Source of the DNA: a virus
Reading direction: 5' to 3' (one strand)
DNA length: 64,000 bases
Virus record (IMG/VR): IMGVR_UViG_3300036715_001140
Coordinates: 82,794 to 146,793 of that record
The stretch's first letter is position 1. Every line of letters starts with the position of its first letter. The translations under genes and the position numbers were made by a program. The notes under the pieces were generated by a model. The model did not search any database. It had not been told where the DNA came from and saw only the letters and a program-made list of their open reading frames with translations. Shown here piece after piece: positions 1 to 9,671 of the stretch.

Positions 1-332
1 ATAGTATCCTCCACTCTAGCAAGAATAAATTCTTTATCAGAAATAGGTGGAGTGGGCAGATTACTTTCAGTACATACTTTAATGTTACCTTTATATTCTC
101 CATCATAAAAAGCTTTTACTCTATTTTCACTATTTTTATTTTCTGATACTATTGCTAATAGATCTTCATACTCTTTATCTCTGTTAGCTTCATTATCATA
201 AATCCAAGTTAGCCTATAATTTTCAAATGCAAATAGTATTACTGGTTTTTCATTCTCTTTTATTTTACGGAAAAATTGACATTGTGCTAAGTTAATTGCA
301 CTATTTCCTGATCTGCTTGTAACATAATACAT
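1..332 (-). CDS. hypothetical protein, 3' end runs off the window
   Basis: ATG at 332 after GGAGAA RBS; frame open to position 1 (MYYVTSRSGNSAINLAQC...). Confidence 0.7.
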   Translation of the reverse strand, partial: MYYVTSRSGNSAINLAQCQFFRKIKENEKPVILFAFENYRLTWIYDNEANRDKEYEDLLAIVSENKNSENRVKAFYDGEYKGNIKVCTESNLPTPPISDKEFILARVEDT

Positions 333-342
333 AATTATTCTC

Positions 343-690
343 CTAGACTTTAAGTTTTCGTTCTTTGTCTATATGTAAAACTAAATTTGGGAAAGATTTA
401 TGTAGATAAGAATCTAACCACATTAGGTACATTTCATACATAGTATCTTGATCTTCTTCTAAGAAGGCTTTATAAAAGATCTGCCGTTCTTCGATAGAAG
501 CAAGCTCTCCACCACAGCAAGAAAAATCTGGACAACACTCGCCTCCTTCTAATTTAAAAGGACCTTCCTTATCTCCAAATCCATCAATAATAGAATAAAG
601 GTTATTATTATTATGAATTGATTTACCATTTAACCACTTTTCAAGTTGTTCTTTTGTAGTCATCTTAATCACCAGTCTTAATCCGTTCAT
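343..690 (-). CDS. hypothetical protein (GECCPDFSCC motif)
   Basis: ORF track; probable true start MTTKEQ at ~663. Confidence 0.6.
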   Translation of the reverse strand: MNGLRLVIKMTTKEQLEKWLNGKSIHNNNNLYSIIDGFGDKEGPFKLEGGECCPDFSCCGGELASIEERQIFYKAFLEEDQDTMYEMYLMWLDSYLHKSFPNLVLHIDKERKLKV

Positions 691-1072
691 AATAAGGATA
701 TTCAGGTACTGTATATATTACTTCTCTTATTCCTAATTCACGTATCATCCACATACACTGATCGCAAGGTTTAGCTAATGCTAAGTCATTATTCTTTTTA
801 ACTCGCAAAATAAATAAGGTTTTACCTTTAACTATTTCCTTATCCAGTTTTCTTAAACAGTCTCGTTCTGCATGTAAGGTTTCTTCAAACTTTGCATATT
901 TATTTCCACGGCCACAATAACGAATTTGATTATATCCTGTAGATAATACTTTTCGTTTGTTACAACAAACTGAACCTAACCTTTGTTGGTAATCACTTTT
1001 TTGTGCTTCATTGTAAGCAGTAAGAAATTGAGGATACTTAGCTACTAATATTGCAAGTTTATTTGTATTCAT
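665..1072 (-). CDS. CMP/dCMP-type zinc-dependent deaminase
   Basis: HAE and PCxxC (PCDQC) Zn-binding motifs, GYN motif. Confidence 0.85.
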   Translation of the reverse strand: MNTNKLAILVAKYPQFLTAYNEAQKSDYQQRLGSVCCNKRKVLSTGYNQIRYCGRGNKYAKFEETLHAERDCLRKLDKEIVKGKTLFILRVKKNNDLALAKPCDQCMWMIRELGIREVIYTVPEYPYYERIKTGD

Positions 1073-1076
1073 AATA

Positions 1077-1829
1077 TTACTCGTCTAGTTTTAAAAGATC
1101 TATATGAAGAGGAACCGAAATTCTATTTCTAACTAGTTCATCCTCTAGTTCTTCTTTAGTATATTGTACACAAAATTCAAAAGATACTTCTGGATTAAGA
1201 ATATAATCAATTAGCTGCTGTTCATTAGTTATCAAGGTACTAATAATATTACAACATCTCCTAAGTTGTCTAACTCCATGAGCATCGGAATTACATACTC
1301 GTTTTAGTTTAAATCTTTCATAAGGATCTTTTGATCTAAATACCTGTCTACGATTATGTATAAATTCATATCCATCAATAACTAAATGACCTAGTTTAGA
1401 TATGAACCTCTTGGCATTCATTGGATGACATAGAATAATAGCACAATCATAATTATGCCTTGATCTGACATAAGCTAAATCATTTACACCAATAGAACCT
1501 TTTTCTTCTCTTATTCTAAATATATCTCTTATAGCTTCTGTTCCAAATACAAGTACTTCCTCGTAACCTTTTACTGAAAGTTCTATTCCATTTATAATTG
1601 GATAATTCAAGTCTATAGAAACATTATGAGATTCAAGAATTTGTCTATTAAAGGATTGAGGAGTCAAACTGTATTCTGGATAAGTTTTACCTTCACTCTT
1701 AGAGTATAAATGGTCAGTAATTACTAAACAAGAGTGATTGAGTTCTTTACATGCGATAGCAAGTTCTCTAATAGTATTAGAGCCATCACTAAAATCACTA
1801 TGAGTGTGAAGATTTATTTTATAATACAT
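1077..1829 (-). CDS. PHP-domain phosphoesterase
   Basis: LHTHSDFSDG, ITDH, GIE, HP and NSDAH motifs. Confidence 0.85.
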   Translation of the reverse strand: MYYKINLHTHSDFSDGSNTIRELAIACKELNHSCLVITDHLYSKSEGKTYPEYSLTPQSFNRQILESHNVSIDLNYPIINGIELSVKGYEEVLVFGTEAIRDIFRIREEKGSIGVNDLAYVRSRHNYDCAIILCHPMNAKRFISKLGHLVIDGYEFIHNRRQVFRSKDPYERFKLKRVCNSDAHGVRQLRRCCNIISTLITNEQQLIDYILNPEVSFEFCVQYTKEELEDELVRNRISVPLHIDLLKLDE

Positions 1830-1886
1830 CTCTTTTTATCTTATCTTCGCTTCATAGTCATATTTAAAATCTATTTTCTCTTTCAT

Positions 1887-2342
1887 TTAATTTTCCTTTA
1901 AATATTCATAAATAGCACTAGCAAATCTATCTGGATTTACATATTTTATATCTATAGCAATATGAGTATAATGGCTTGCTTGACAATGTTTTATCAAAAA
2001 CTGTTCCCACCAACTTTGTTCTTTTGCCCAATCCAAAAGTTTAAAGAAACCTTCAGGTGTAGAAAAATCAATAAAATAAAAAGTACCATTTTGCCTTCCT
2101 ATAGTATTGGCATGTTCAACAAACCCTTCAGCTACTCTAGCTGCTACTTTTTTTGAGAGTTCTTTATAACCTTGTCTGTATACTAAACCACATTTTGAAC
2201 AAAATACTTTCCAATCACAACCAATTAAGGAATTATTTTCACTTGAAGTATACTCTTTACCTACTTCAGAAATAAAATTATGCCAGCATTCATTAATTGC
2301 TTCTGTTAGAAACTTATTCTGTTCTAATCTTAACACTTTCAT
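1887..2342 (-). CDS. hypothetical phage protein
   Basis: ORF with RBS, CxxC. Confidence 0.6.
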   Translation of the reverse strand: MKVLRLEQNKFLTEAINECWHNFISEVGKEYTSSENNSLIGCDWKVFCSKCGLVYRQGYKELSKKVAARVAEGFVEHANTIGRQNGTFYFIDFSTPEGFFKLLDWAKEQSWWEQFLIKHCQASHYTHIAIDIKYVNPDRFASAIYEYLKEN

Positions 2343-2480
2343 ATCTTGTTCCTTTAAGTAATATAAAGAGTATCTACTGCTTTAGCTTCTTCAGGATGCT
2401 CAGAAATAATGTTAGATGTTTAACCATTACATAGATATGCCTATCTATTTTTGATCTAAATGAAATAAATTCAAATATAT

Positions 2481-3128
2481 CTATGCATCCAGTAGCTTAA
2501 CTTCATCAGTATTCTCAGAAATTAAATAAAATGGTCTACGTGTTCCTGTAGTTAAGTATTCCGCAGCTTTAAGAGCCATCAGTATCTTGTCTTCTGCATA
2601 AAGCTTTACTCTTCTAGGTTTCTCATCAAATTCGTAAGAGTATAAAACTCCTCTTGCTACGTCATCACCAGATCCAATAGCATGACCCCAATTTTCACAG
2701 TCAATAACAGAAAGATTACAGCATATCTCGTAAATCTGTCCATTATAGCCTATGATAATATCTGCATCCATTTCAGGTTCTTCATTCTCATGTTTTAATA
2801 AGTTATATCGAGATAAAGTCTTTTGTAGGAAAGGAACGAAGGTACAACGGAGATAACTAGAAAATTGTGTATTAATATCTAAAGCAACTGTAGCAGTAGT
2901 AGGCTTAAATGATAAGAAATTAGGTAAAGTATTCTCAATCTCCTGTGCATAAGATTCATAAAAAAGTGTATCAGCTACTCGTCCTGAACCTGTTACTCCA
3001 ATTACCATTTGGCTAAGTTTAGCAATCTTTGCGTTGTTTCCGGTAATTCGTGTACTTCTATTTTGATATAATGAATCTGCACCCATTGATACTATTCCAT
3101 TTTCTACAACAGCTACAATTGTTGACAT
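2481..3128 (-). CDS. HslV/proteasome-beta-like Ntn-hydrolase peptidase
   Basis: N-terminal M-S-T-I-V-A...GADS, AIGSG motif. Confidence 0.75.
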   Translation of the reverse strand: MSTIVAVVENGIVSMGADSLYQNRSTRITGNNAKIAKLSQMVIGVTGSGRVADTLFYESYAQEIENTLPNFLSFKPTTATVALDINTQFSSYLRCTFVPFLQKTLSRYNLLKHENEEPEMDADIIIGYNGQIYEICCNLSVIDCENWGHAIGSGDDVARGVLYSYEFDEKPRRVKLYAEDKILMALKAAEYLTTGTRRPFYLISENTDEVKLLDA

Positions 3129-3461
3129 ATATTACTCCTATATTTATAAATATAGTATCTCTTTTATTAACTATTAGTAATATGGATATAGGCAGTTTAT
3201 TAGATAGGTTAGAATGTATTGATTAGGATAATACATTACTATTGGTTGTAGGTGGTAAGCTTATTCCTATGGTATTTATATCCATATTTATTGCAATCTG
3301 AGTTTTTGATATGTGAAACTTCTGATAAATATATTCAATAATACATTCTGGACTCATAGTATGTTCTTTATATAAAAGATATATGTGTTTTACAGATAAA
3401 GCATAATCTTTCTGTGTAAATAAGTCCATTTAAATCATATATAGTATTGTGTTCACATACT

Positions 3462-3584
3462 TTAGTTTTTTCTATATGCTTTATCTACATCTTCAACTTC
3501 TTGTTCTGTAGCAGGTCTTACTTTAGACGCTAGTACATAAGGACCCTAATATTCTTTATCATATTTTACGAATGGAGCAGGCAT
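3462..3584 (-). pseudogene. small ORF with in-frame TAG (MPAPFVKYDKEY*GPYVLASKVRPATEQEVED...)
   Basis: GAGGA RBS + ATG at 3584; frame continues past TAG. Confidence 0.4.
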
Positions 3585-3592
3585 GTTTCCTC

Positions 3593-3859
3593 TTATAACC
3601 AATGTTCTATATCTTTACGAAGAATAGTTGCACGTTCTACCTGCATTGCATTACCTGAAGTAAAATACTTTCTCACAATAGCTGCAAGTTGTCTATCACG
3701 TTCAATAGGATCAACTACTTCAAGATATGTTGTTCCATCATAGATATAAATAGTAGTTCCGTAACGATTAACTACTTTAGCGTAGTCACCTCTACTTGCA
3801 GGTATCTTACAAAGTTCTTCATAAGAACTAGCTACTTTATCAGTATGAGTGTTTAGCAT
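3593..3859 (-). CDS. hypothetical protein
   Basis: ORF with AGGAG RBS. Confidence 0.6.
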   Translation of the reverse strand: MLNTHTDKVASSYEELCKIPASRGDYAKVVNRYGTTIYIYDGTTYLEVVDPIERDRQLAAIVRKYFTSGNAMQVERATILRKDIEHWL

Positions 3860-3982
3860 TTTACTAGCTCCTTAAAAGCTACTACAAATTCATCCTCATG
3901 AAGATGAATAGGTTGATTTTTATTTGATAGATAGTTACCAGGAGCATCCATCTATGCTTGCCCATATCCTTCTGGACATTTA

Positions 3983-4318
3983 TTATTCGGTTTCTGATTC
4001 ATTAGATTTAAGCCTCTCTTTCCAAGTGTTAATATATTGTTGACAAATAAGACATGTTACTTTATCAATATCGTAAGTTATTCTATTTCTATCACCTACA
4101 GGTGTTTTACATATAGCTCTACCATTATCTGCTTCTAAATGTATTTTTAGCTCATTTAAAATAAGTATATTACAGCCATTTTTATCACATACTCTTTTCA
4201 TAGAGTCAATTGCACTATATACATGTCCTGCAACTAAACCATTTGCTAGAAGCCTTATAACACGCAAGCGATCTTTATGTGGAATAATTTTTACTAGTTC
4301 TTCATAATTATTAGACAT
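3983..4318 (-). CDS. hypothetical protein (VTCLIC)
   Basis: ORF with GAGG RBS. Confidence 0.6.
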   Translation of the reverse strand: MSNNYEELVKIIPHKDRLRVIRLLANGLVAGHVYSAIDSMKRVCDKNGCNILILNELKIHLEADNGRAICKTPVGDRNRITYDIDKVTCLICQQYINTWKERLKSNESETE

Positions 4319-4384
4319 AATGTTAAACCTCGTTACTACATATTTTTAAATATTTTTATATTGTATATTTACAGTATTAAAAAT

Positions 4385-4413
4385 AAAAAAGTAGCATAGA
4401 TATCTATGCTACT
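4385..4413 (-). terminator. intrinsic terminator
   Basis: AAGTAGCATAGA-TCTATGCTACTT inverted repeat with U tract. Confidence 0.7.
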
Positions 4414-4419
4414 TCTAGT

Positions 4420-4704
4420 TTAAACTTTTACTATTGTTCTAGCCCTGTGTATTTCTTGTTTACGCCTAACTCGTATGTATTCCTCACTAGGAACTGTAGT
4501 TGCATTAGTTATGTCTATAAAACCATTATTATAAAAATATGTTAGTTTTGTATATTCTTTCTTATTATTATGATCATCAAAAAATTTAATTTCAGCTAAG
4601 TCTCCATACTTAAATTCTTTGATCTTTAAATTTTCCAACTCCCTTAGTTTAAGTAAGGCCAAGTCCTTTGTATCTTCTACTATTTTAAAGACCTTAACTT
4701 TCAT
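4420..4704 (-). CDS. hypothetical protein
   Basis: ORF with AGGAG RBS. Confidence 0.55.
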   Translation of the reverse strand: MKVKVFKIVEDTKDLALLKLRELENLKIKEFKYGDLAEIKFFDDHNNKKEYTKLTYFYNNGFIDITNATTVPSEEYIRVRRKQEIHRARTIVKV

Positions 4705-4720
4705 ATATCACTCCTAATTC

Positions 4721-5419
4721 TTATATAGAAGAAGAATCATATTCAAAATATGGAGTACAATCTTTATAATACTTTTTACAACGAGCACTAAATCTTTTAA
4801 GATCATCTTTTAGATCCGGAGGAAGTTCATTGAAAAATTTTTCTTTGATAACTGACTTATCTTCACCTGAATTTAAAAGATCTAAAATATTTTTAATTCG
4901 TCCCATAGCAAGTTGCCTACCTTGTAACTTAGAAAAATGATCTTGAGTATCACACTTTGACCATCCGATTAGATAGCTGTTTGAAGGAACATGCAAAACA
5001 GATACAAACATAGCAACAGGATTGCCTTTAGTTTCTTTTAATGTAATAGTCTTTCTTTTTGTTTTTTCATCTACAACTACAGATGAAATAAATACTGGTT
5101 TACGTGCATAATCTACAAGATAATTTTTAACTAGTTCTTTCATTCTCTCATCTCCTTGTTGTTTTTTGTTTACTAGATCATCTACGAATGAAACTATGTC
5201 TTCTACCCTATTCCAGCTGTCTATTACTTCTTCTGAAATTCCTGAATCATCATACTCTCCTTCATGGTCATAATTATCTAAAATGTCTAGTATAATGTCT
5301 TGTATCTCTTCTTCATAGATGCCTATAAAATTAAGTTTATCTGATAACTTTATATCTTCTACATCTACATATGAGTATACAGAAATTAAATCTATTACAT
5401 CATCTTCTACATTCATCAT
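4721..5419 (-). CDS. hypothetical protein; N-terminus resembles acyl-carrier-protein pattern, C-terminal phage domain (GWSKC..D.F.K..GR..A..R)
   Basis: sequence pattern by eye; internal GGAG-ATG (MKELVK) suggests fusion or internal start. Confidence 0.55.
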   Translation of the reverse strand: MMNVEDDVIDLISVYSYVDVEDIKLSDKLNFIGIYEEEIQDIILDILDNYDHEGEYDDSGISEEVIDSWNRVEDIVSFVDDLVNKKQQGDERMKELVKNYLVDYARKPVFISSVVVDEKTKRKTITLKETKGNPVAMFVSVLHVPSNSYLIGWSKCDTQDHFSKLQGRQLAMGRIKNILDLLNSGEDKSVIKEKFFNELPPDLKDDLKRFSARCKKYYKDCTPYFEYDSSSI

Positions 5420-6114
5420 GATATTACCTCCTCCTTTTCCTCATCCTTTTTCTTTCTTAAAATTGCATATCTTTCTTTTTCTACTTCGTCTTCAATTAAG
5501 TTATAAAAATATACAGTTCTGTCTAACTCATAGTTACAGGCATCTTCACTTGAAATTTCTGACCAAATTTGTCTTTCTATATTTTTATCTACATTATTTT
5601 TAGAACATAAATCATAGTTTGTCTTTATTTCAAAAAGTTCTGAAACATCTATTGCGTAAATAACTTGTCTCATAGAGTGATTAGGAACTTTGATTGAGCC
5701 TTTTACTATTTGTATTTCAGAAGGTAGTATATTTACTAAAGGCTTTATAATAGTTTTAAGCCTGTTTAGTCTTGTAGTATATGCTCGTATCTTTCGATAA
5801 GGCATTTCTAAAAACATTTGGTCAGAACCTTTATCATTTTTTACTGATAAAACTTTTTCTGTTACATAATTGTTTACGGTTTTACCATATTGTCCATCAA
5901 AACCTCCAGCTTGAACATACTCTTTAAAGAAGCATGGGAATTTTCTTTGTCTAGGTTCAAAAACATATACACATAAACCATTTATAACATGGTCACAGCC
6001 TTCGCAATTTTCATGTAATTGTCTTTTAGGAGGACGCTTTAAATCTGCACAATAATAAGTAGAGCTGTTTACTTCATTTTTTGGTATTGTTGCAAAAATT
6101 GGATCTTTAGGCAT
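5416..6114 (-). CDS. hypothetical protein, Cys-rich N-terminus
   Basis: ORF with AGGAG RBS. Confidence 0.6.
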   Translation of the reverse strand: MPKDPIFATIPKNEVNSSTYYCADLKRPPKRQLHENCEGCDHVINGLCVYVFEPRQRKFPCFFKEYVQAGGFDGQYGKTVNNYVTEKVLSVKNDKGSDQMFLEMPYRKIRAYTTRLNRLKTIIKPLVNILPSEIQIVKGSIKVPNHSMRQVIYAIDVSELFEIKTNYDLCSKNNVDKNIERQIWSEISSEDACNYELDRTVYFYNLIEDEVEKERYAILRKKKDEEKEEVIS

Positions 6115-6129
6115 AAATTACTCCTTAAA

Positions 6130-6405
6130 TTAGTGCTTTAATTCTTTTCGTTTTATTGTCCACTTATAAATACCTAAGATATTTATCACCATAAAAATAA
6201 CGTTAGTTAAAACAAAACTAATATCCTTTGTTATAAATCCATATATAAAAAATATTATTGTGGCTATACCAGACAATGGATAGGCTATTTTTAATTGCCC
6301 TTTTAAGTTATAAATAGCTGCAGATAAGATACATCCATTTGCTAATAACGAAATAAAATTTTCTGGTTTACTAAATTCAAACCATTTTTCTAATAACATA
6401 TACAC
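6130..6405 (-). CDS. small 3-TM membrane protein (PnuC/YgjV-like)
   Basis: three hydrophobic segments, INILGIYKW ending. Confidence 0.55.
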   Translation of the reverse strand: MYMLLEKWFEFSKPENFISLLANGCILSAAIYNLKGQLKIAYPLSGIATIIFFIYGFITKDISFVLTNVIFMVINILGIYKWTIKRKELKH

Positions 6406-6408
6406 CTC

Positions 6409-6690
6409 TTATTTAGAAGGTTTTAAAGCCTTCTTTATCTTAGCTTCCAGGTTATATATTTCTTTTCCTGAGAGTTTTATATGTATAGTATCTTTATAGT
6501 TAAGTCTTTCGTTATGTATAAATATTTTTAAACAATTATCATCATTACTAATTTCCATGTCTATAAAAGAATGATTCGGATGAGGTGAAGTCTCTTTACT
6601 ATATACTTCTTGTGAGGATGAAGGAAAATAACTTGGAGGTGAATAAAATAAATCCTGTTCAAATATTGTCAACAACGCTACGAAGGCCAT
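6409..6690 (-). CDS. hypothetical protein
   Basis: ORF track. Confidence 0.45.
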   Translation of the reverse strand: MAFVALLTIFEQDLFYSPPSYFPSSSQEVYSKETSPHPNHSFIDMEISNDDNCLKIFIHNERLNYKDTIHIKLSGKEIYNLEAKIKKALKPSK

Positions 6691-6736
6691 ACTTTATACC
6701 CTCATTTTATTTTTTAATATATTAACAGTTTTAGAC

Positions 6737-6775
6737 AAAAAAGAAGGGTAGCGGTTTTATCCACTACCCTTTTTT
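6737..6775 (-). terminator. intrinsic terminator (likely bidirectional)
   Basis: AAGGGTAGCGG/CCACTACCCTT stem flanked by A and T tracts. Confidence 0.75.
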
Positions 6776-6776
6776 A

Positions 6777-6954
6777 GAACCTTGAATTAGTAATAACTAA
6801 CAGGTTCCAGCTCGTAGCCTTTCTCTGATGTCTTAAGGCGACTTTCCTAAGTTTTAAGACTTGTCAGATACTCACTCTAGCTCTAAGGAGGGCTCTGTTT
6901 GGAACGCATGAAAACAGAGAGATGCAGCACACACTGTACAAAAGAAAGTCGCCT
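6777..6954 (-). ncRNA. candidate structured RNA with predicted pseudoknot
   Basis: GC-enriched non-coding stretch, several stems, 11-nt complement 6944-6954 to hairpin loop 6836-6846; ends at terminator. Confidence 0.5.
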
Positions 6955-7417
6955 ATTTTAGTAAATTTGTTATAATTTCATTTGCAACTTTTCCTTCAAA
7001 CTGATTTTTATACTCAGAAGATAAATGTTTCATTATCTGACCTTTATTTACTAAAGGAGTTGTATTAATAAAGTTTTCAATAATTTTAGTCAATTCTTGA
7101 ACCGTAAGTTGTTTAGGTAGATAGGCTGTTAAGATATCTATCTCTACCTCAAACTGTAAAGGAGATACTAAAGTAATATGTGATGATTTTTTACAAATTT
7201 CTAAGTTCTCTTTTGCCTTTTTAATAAACTGTTGTATAACGTTAGTAACAACCAAGTCTTCAGGTTCTTTTTTATCTTTACAACAATCACCAATTAAGGT
7301 AGCTAATAAGTTCTTTTTTATATCAGCTAACTTTTTACCGTTTTCATCTTTACTTTTGTATGACTCAAGCATAGCTTCTTTTTTATCTAATTTGATCTTA
7401 TCAATAAGCAACATCAT
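6953..7417 (-). CDS. GatB/YqeY domain protein
   Basis: EIDILTAYLPKQLT...KGQIMKHL...EGKVANEI pattern of YqeY family. Confidence 0.85.
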   Translation of the reverse strand: MMLLIDKIKLDKKEAMLESYKSKDENGKKLADIKKNLLATLIGDCCKDKKEPEDLVVTNVIQQFIKKAKENLEICKKSSHITLVSPLQFEVEIDILTAYLPKQLTVQELTKIIENFINTTPLVNKGQIMKHLSSEYKNQFEGKVANEIITNLLK

Positions 7418-7432
7418 ATACTCCTTATAATA

Positions 7433-8356
7433 TTATATCTTCTCAAATGGTATATCTGAAATAACGCACCCTGCAGCACCTTTGTGTCCGCCACCACCAT
7501 AAGTTTTTGCAATAACAGAGCAGTCTACATTGTCCTTCTGACTGTAAAAACTAATATCGAACTTTTCACCATTAAATACAAAGCGAATACACACATCATA
7601 CTCTTCTATTAAAGAACCAAATTGTCCACTACCTTTATTACCTGTATTTAATGCAAATGAACTCAATTCTTCAAAACCTATTATTGAAGCCTTGTATCCA
7701 TAGTCTTTAATATACTTTTTGTTATTAACAGATAAATATTTTGAAACTTCAATTCCAGCTTCACAATACTTTAAGATGTCTAGATCATCACAAAGAAATC
7801 CTTTTTTAAACCACCATTCAAGAGCTTCAGGTATACTTGGATCTAAGTCCATAGTTCTTAATCCAAGTTGTAATTTGCTCATGAAACTCCAATTTGATTG
7901 GGATTTATCCCAAACATCATAACGTCCTAACCAGTATACGATTGGACATTTAATTCTAATTTTGCTTAAAAGATCTTTAGCTTGTTCTTTAACATAACTA
8001 GAGTCTTTAAGATTCATTTTAAAGTACATATAGGTTAGTTCACAACCAGAAATACCATCAACTTGAAGACCTTCTAATACAAGATCTTTACATGCATCTA
8101 AGGATGTCTTATGATGGTCAATCCACACAAAAGATTTGGTAGAATCTTTTATTTTTAACATCTTATCTAATGGAAATGAAAAGTCTACCATTATAACTTC
8201 ATCTTCTTTTGTAAGAAAGGATAAATCATGTGAATCAACATCTACATAATCAATACCTATTAATTTTACCAATTTAGGGTTTTCAATAGTAGACATAACA
8301 ATAGCGGCAGAACAGAATCCGTCAAAATCTGAACTATGATAATAGATGTAACGCAT
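7433..8356 (-). CDS. DHH/DHHA1 phosphoesterase
   Basis: YHSSDFDG, VDFS, WIDHH, GGGGHKGAAG motifs. Confidence 0.9.
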   Translation of the reverse strand: MRYIYYHSSDFDGFCSAAIVMSTIENPKLVKLIGIDYVDVDSHDLSFLTKEDEVIMVDFSFPLDKMLKIKDSTKSFVWIDHHKTSLDACKDLVLEGLQVDGISGCELTYMYFKMNLKDSSYVKEQAKDLLSKIRIKCPIVYWLGRYDVWDKSQSNWSFMSKLQLGLRTMDLDPSIPEALEWWFKKGFLCDDLDILKYCEAGIEVSKYLSVNNKKYIKDYGYKASIIGFEELSSFALNTGNKGSGQFGSLIEEYDVCIRFVFNGEKFDISFYSQKDNVDCSVIAKTYGGGGHKGAAGCVISDIPFEKI

Positions 8357-8380
8357 TATTACATGTTTCCTTTCAGTTAA

Positions 8381-8456
8381 TGGAGTTGGCGATAGGACTC
8401 GAATCTGCAGTCTACTGATTACAAGTCAACTGCTCTACTAATTAAGCTATACTAGC
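8381..8456 (-). pseudogene. degenerate tRNA-Thr(UGU)
   Basis: cloverleaf remnant with TGT anticodon, TTCGAGT and CCA, but 3 mismatches in acceptor stem and 2 in T stem. Confidence 0.75.
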
Positions 8457-8475
8457 ATTTTATCTAATAAACAAG

Positions 8476-8835
8476 TTATTCTCTAGATCTTAAAAAATTC
8501 AATCTTGATTTTAATTCGCTTAATTCTTCTGACCATTCTATAATTTGTTCTGAATTTATTATAATACTTTCAGAACTTTCTGAGTATCGAATAATTGCTT
8601 TTGCAAGTTCCTCAATTCTTGATTCTAACCACAATGTATGAGATATAATACCAATTGGAGGTTTATCTACATCTTCGGATGTTTTAAATTTTATATCAAG
8701 AATATATCTTGAAGGTTTGCCTGTAGAAGAATATGGTTCACAAGGTTCTACATGGATATTAGCTATATCTGTATAGACAGAAGTTACGGCATTCAAAAGT
8801 GATTCAATTAATTTTTCAACTGTGTCTCGTTTCAT
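8476..8835 (-). CDS. hypothetical protein (PPIGI motif)
   Basis: ORF with AGGAG RBS. Confidence 0.6.
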   Translation of the reverse strand: MKRDTVEKLIESLLNAVTSVYTDIANIHVEPCEPYSSTGKPSRYILDIKFKTSEDVDKPPIGIISHTLWLESRIEELAKAIIRYSESSESIIINSEQIIEWSEELSELKSRLNFLRSRE

Positions 8836-8850
8836 TCTAGCTCCTTATTA

Positions 8851-9204
8851 TTATGAAAGTTCTTTTTCTATATCACAAAAATGTAAAGGTTTCTTATAAC
8901 AAACGATATTCCGTTCTTTAGAACCTTTTAGTATCTCTGGACTGGCAGACATAAATATAATCTTAGTGTCTGGTGCATAATCTTGTACATAAAGTGCAAG
9001 TTGAGCTCCTGTAATACCAGGCATCATAATATCTGTCAAAAGTAAGGCTATGAACATAGCCTTTAGAATATGCATCGCTGAAGCATAAGAATCAGCTAAG
9101 TAAATATTTTTATAACCGTTTGACTCAAATAATGTCTTACACAATTCAAGACTAAAATAATCATCATCAACTATCAATATATTACTTGACTTATCTATAG
9201 CCAT
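8851..9204 (-). CDS. CheY-like stand-alone response regulator receiver
   Basis: ILIVDDD, LLTDIMMPGITG, IIFMSA, KKP; true start MAIDK at 9204 after GGAGG (the longer ORF overlaps the tmRNA). Confidence 0.9.
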   Translation of the reverse strand: MAIDKSSNILIVDDDYFSLELCKTLFESNGYKNIYLADSYASAMHILKAMFIALLLTDIMMPGITGAQLALYVQDYAPDTKIIFMSASPEILKGSKERNIVCYKKPLHFCDIEKELS

Positions 9205-9222
9205 AATACCTCCTGCTAAAAT

Positions 9223-9662
9223 TGGTGGAGGTGGAGGGCTCCGACTCCCTCGTCTTGCATATGCATCCATAATCACATCTACGCTAATAGCTTCATTTAA
9301 TTTAAACACTGGAGTAATAGAAGCCTAAACTATCCAGAGTCGATTAAGTTTTATGCTGAAAACTTACAAACAGGTTCCTCTTGTTAGCTACACATAACTT
9401 ACCGAAATGTGATCTTCTGTTACTCAGCGAAGGTTTACTAAGAGTATCTTCCTTTACTGTACCTACGATTCTACTGTAGGAATTTGTTACTTCTAAGCTG
9501 CTGCCAATTGGTCGAAACCATAGTTGTCAGCAGTGAAGAAGCCTTTTACTTTTTCAATTACAGTGTTTGCATTTATTGTTTAGTGGATTATTAATGAGGC
9601 CAACCACAATCCTCATAGCGCAGTAATTACTTTACATACACAATCGAATCCAATTCACCCCC
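9223..9662 (-). ncRNA. ssrA: tmRNA; tag ANTVIEKVKGFFTADNYGFDQLAAA* (9570-9493)
   Basis: 5' GGGGGTGAATTGGATTCGA, 3' CACCTCCACCA, G3.U70 Ala identity, ATAAAT-GCA resume context, tag ends LAAA. Confidence 0.93.
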
Positions 9663-9671
9663 ATAATTAAT

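Noticed and set aside
6777-6954. RNase P RNA (GGAAAGUC) or hammerhead (CUGAUG) identity for the structured region
   Set aside because: Remaining conserved elements are missing and the length does not fit; kept as an unknown RNA
9205-9309. N-terminal extension of the response regulator (RRGSRSPPPPP)
   Set aside because: Translation of the tmRNA 3' end; real start is at 9204
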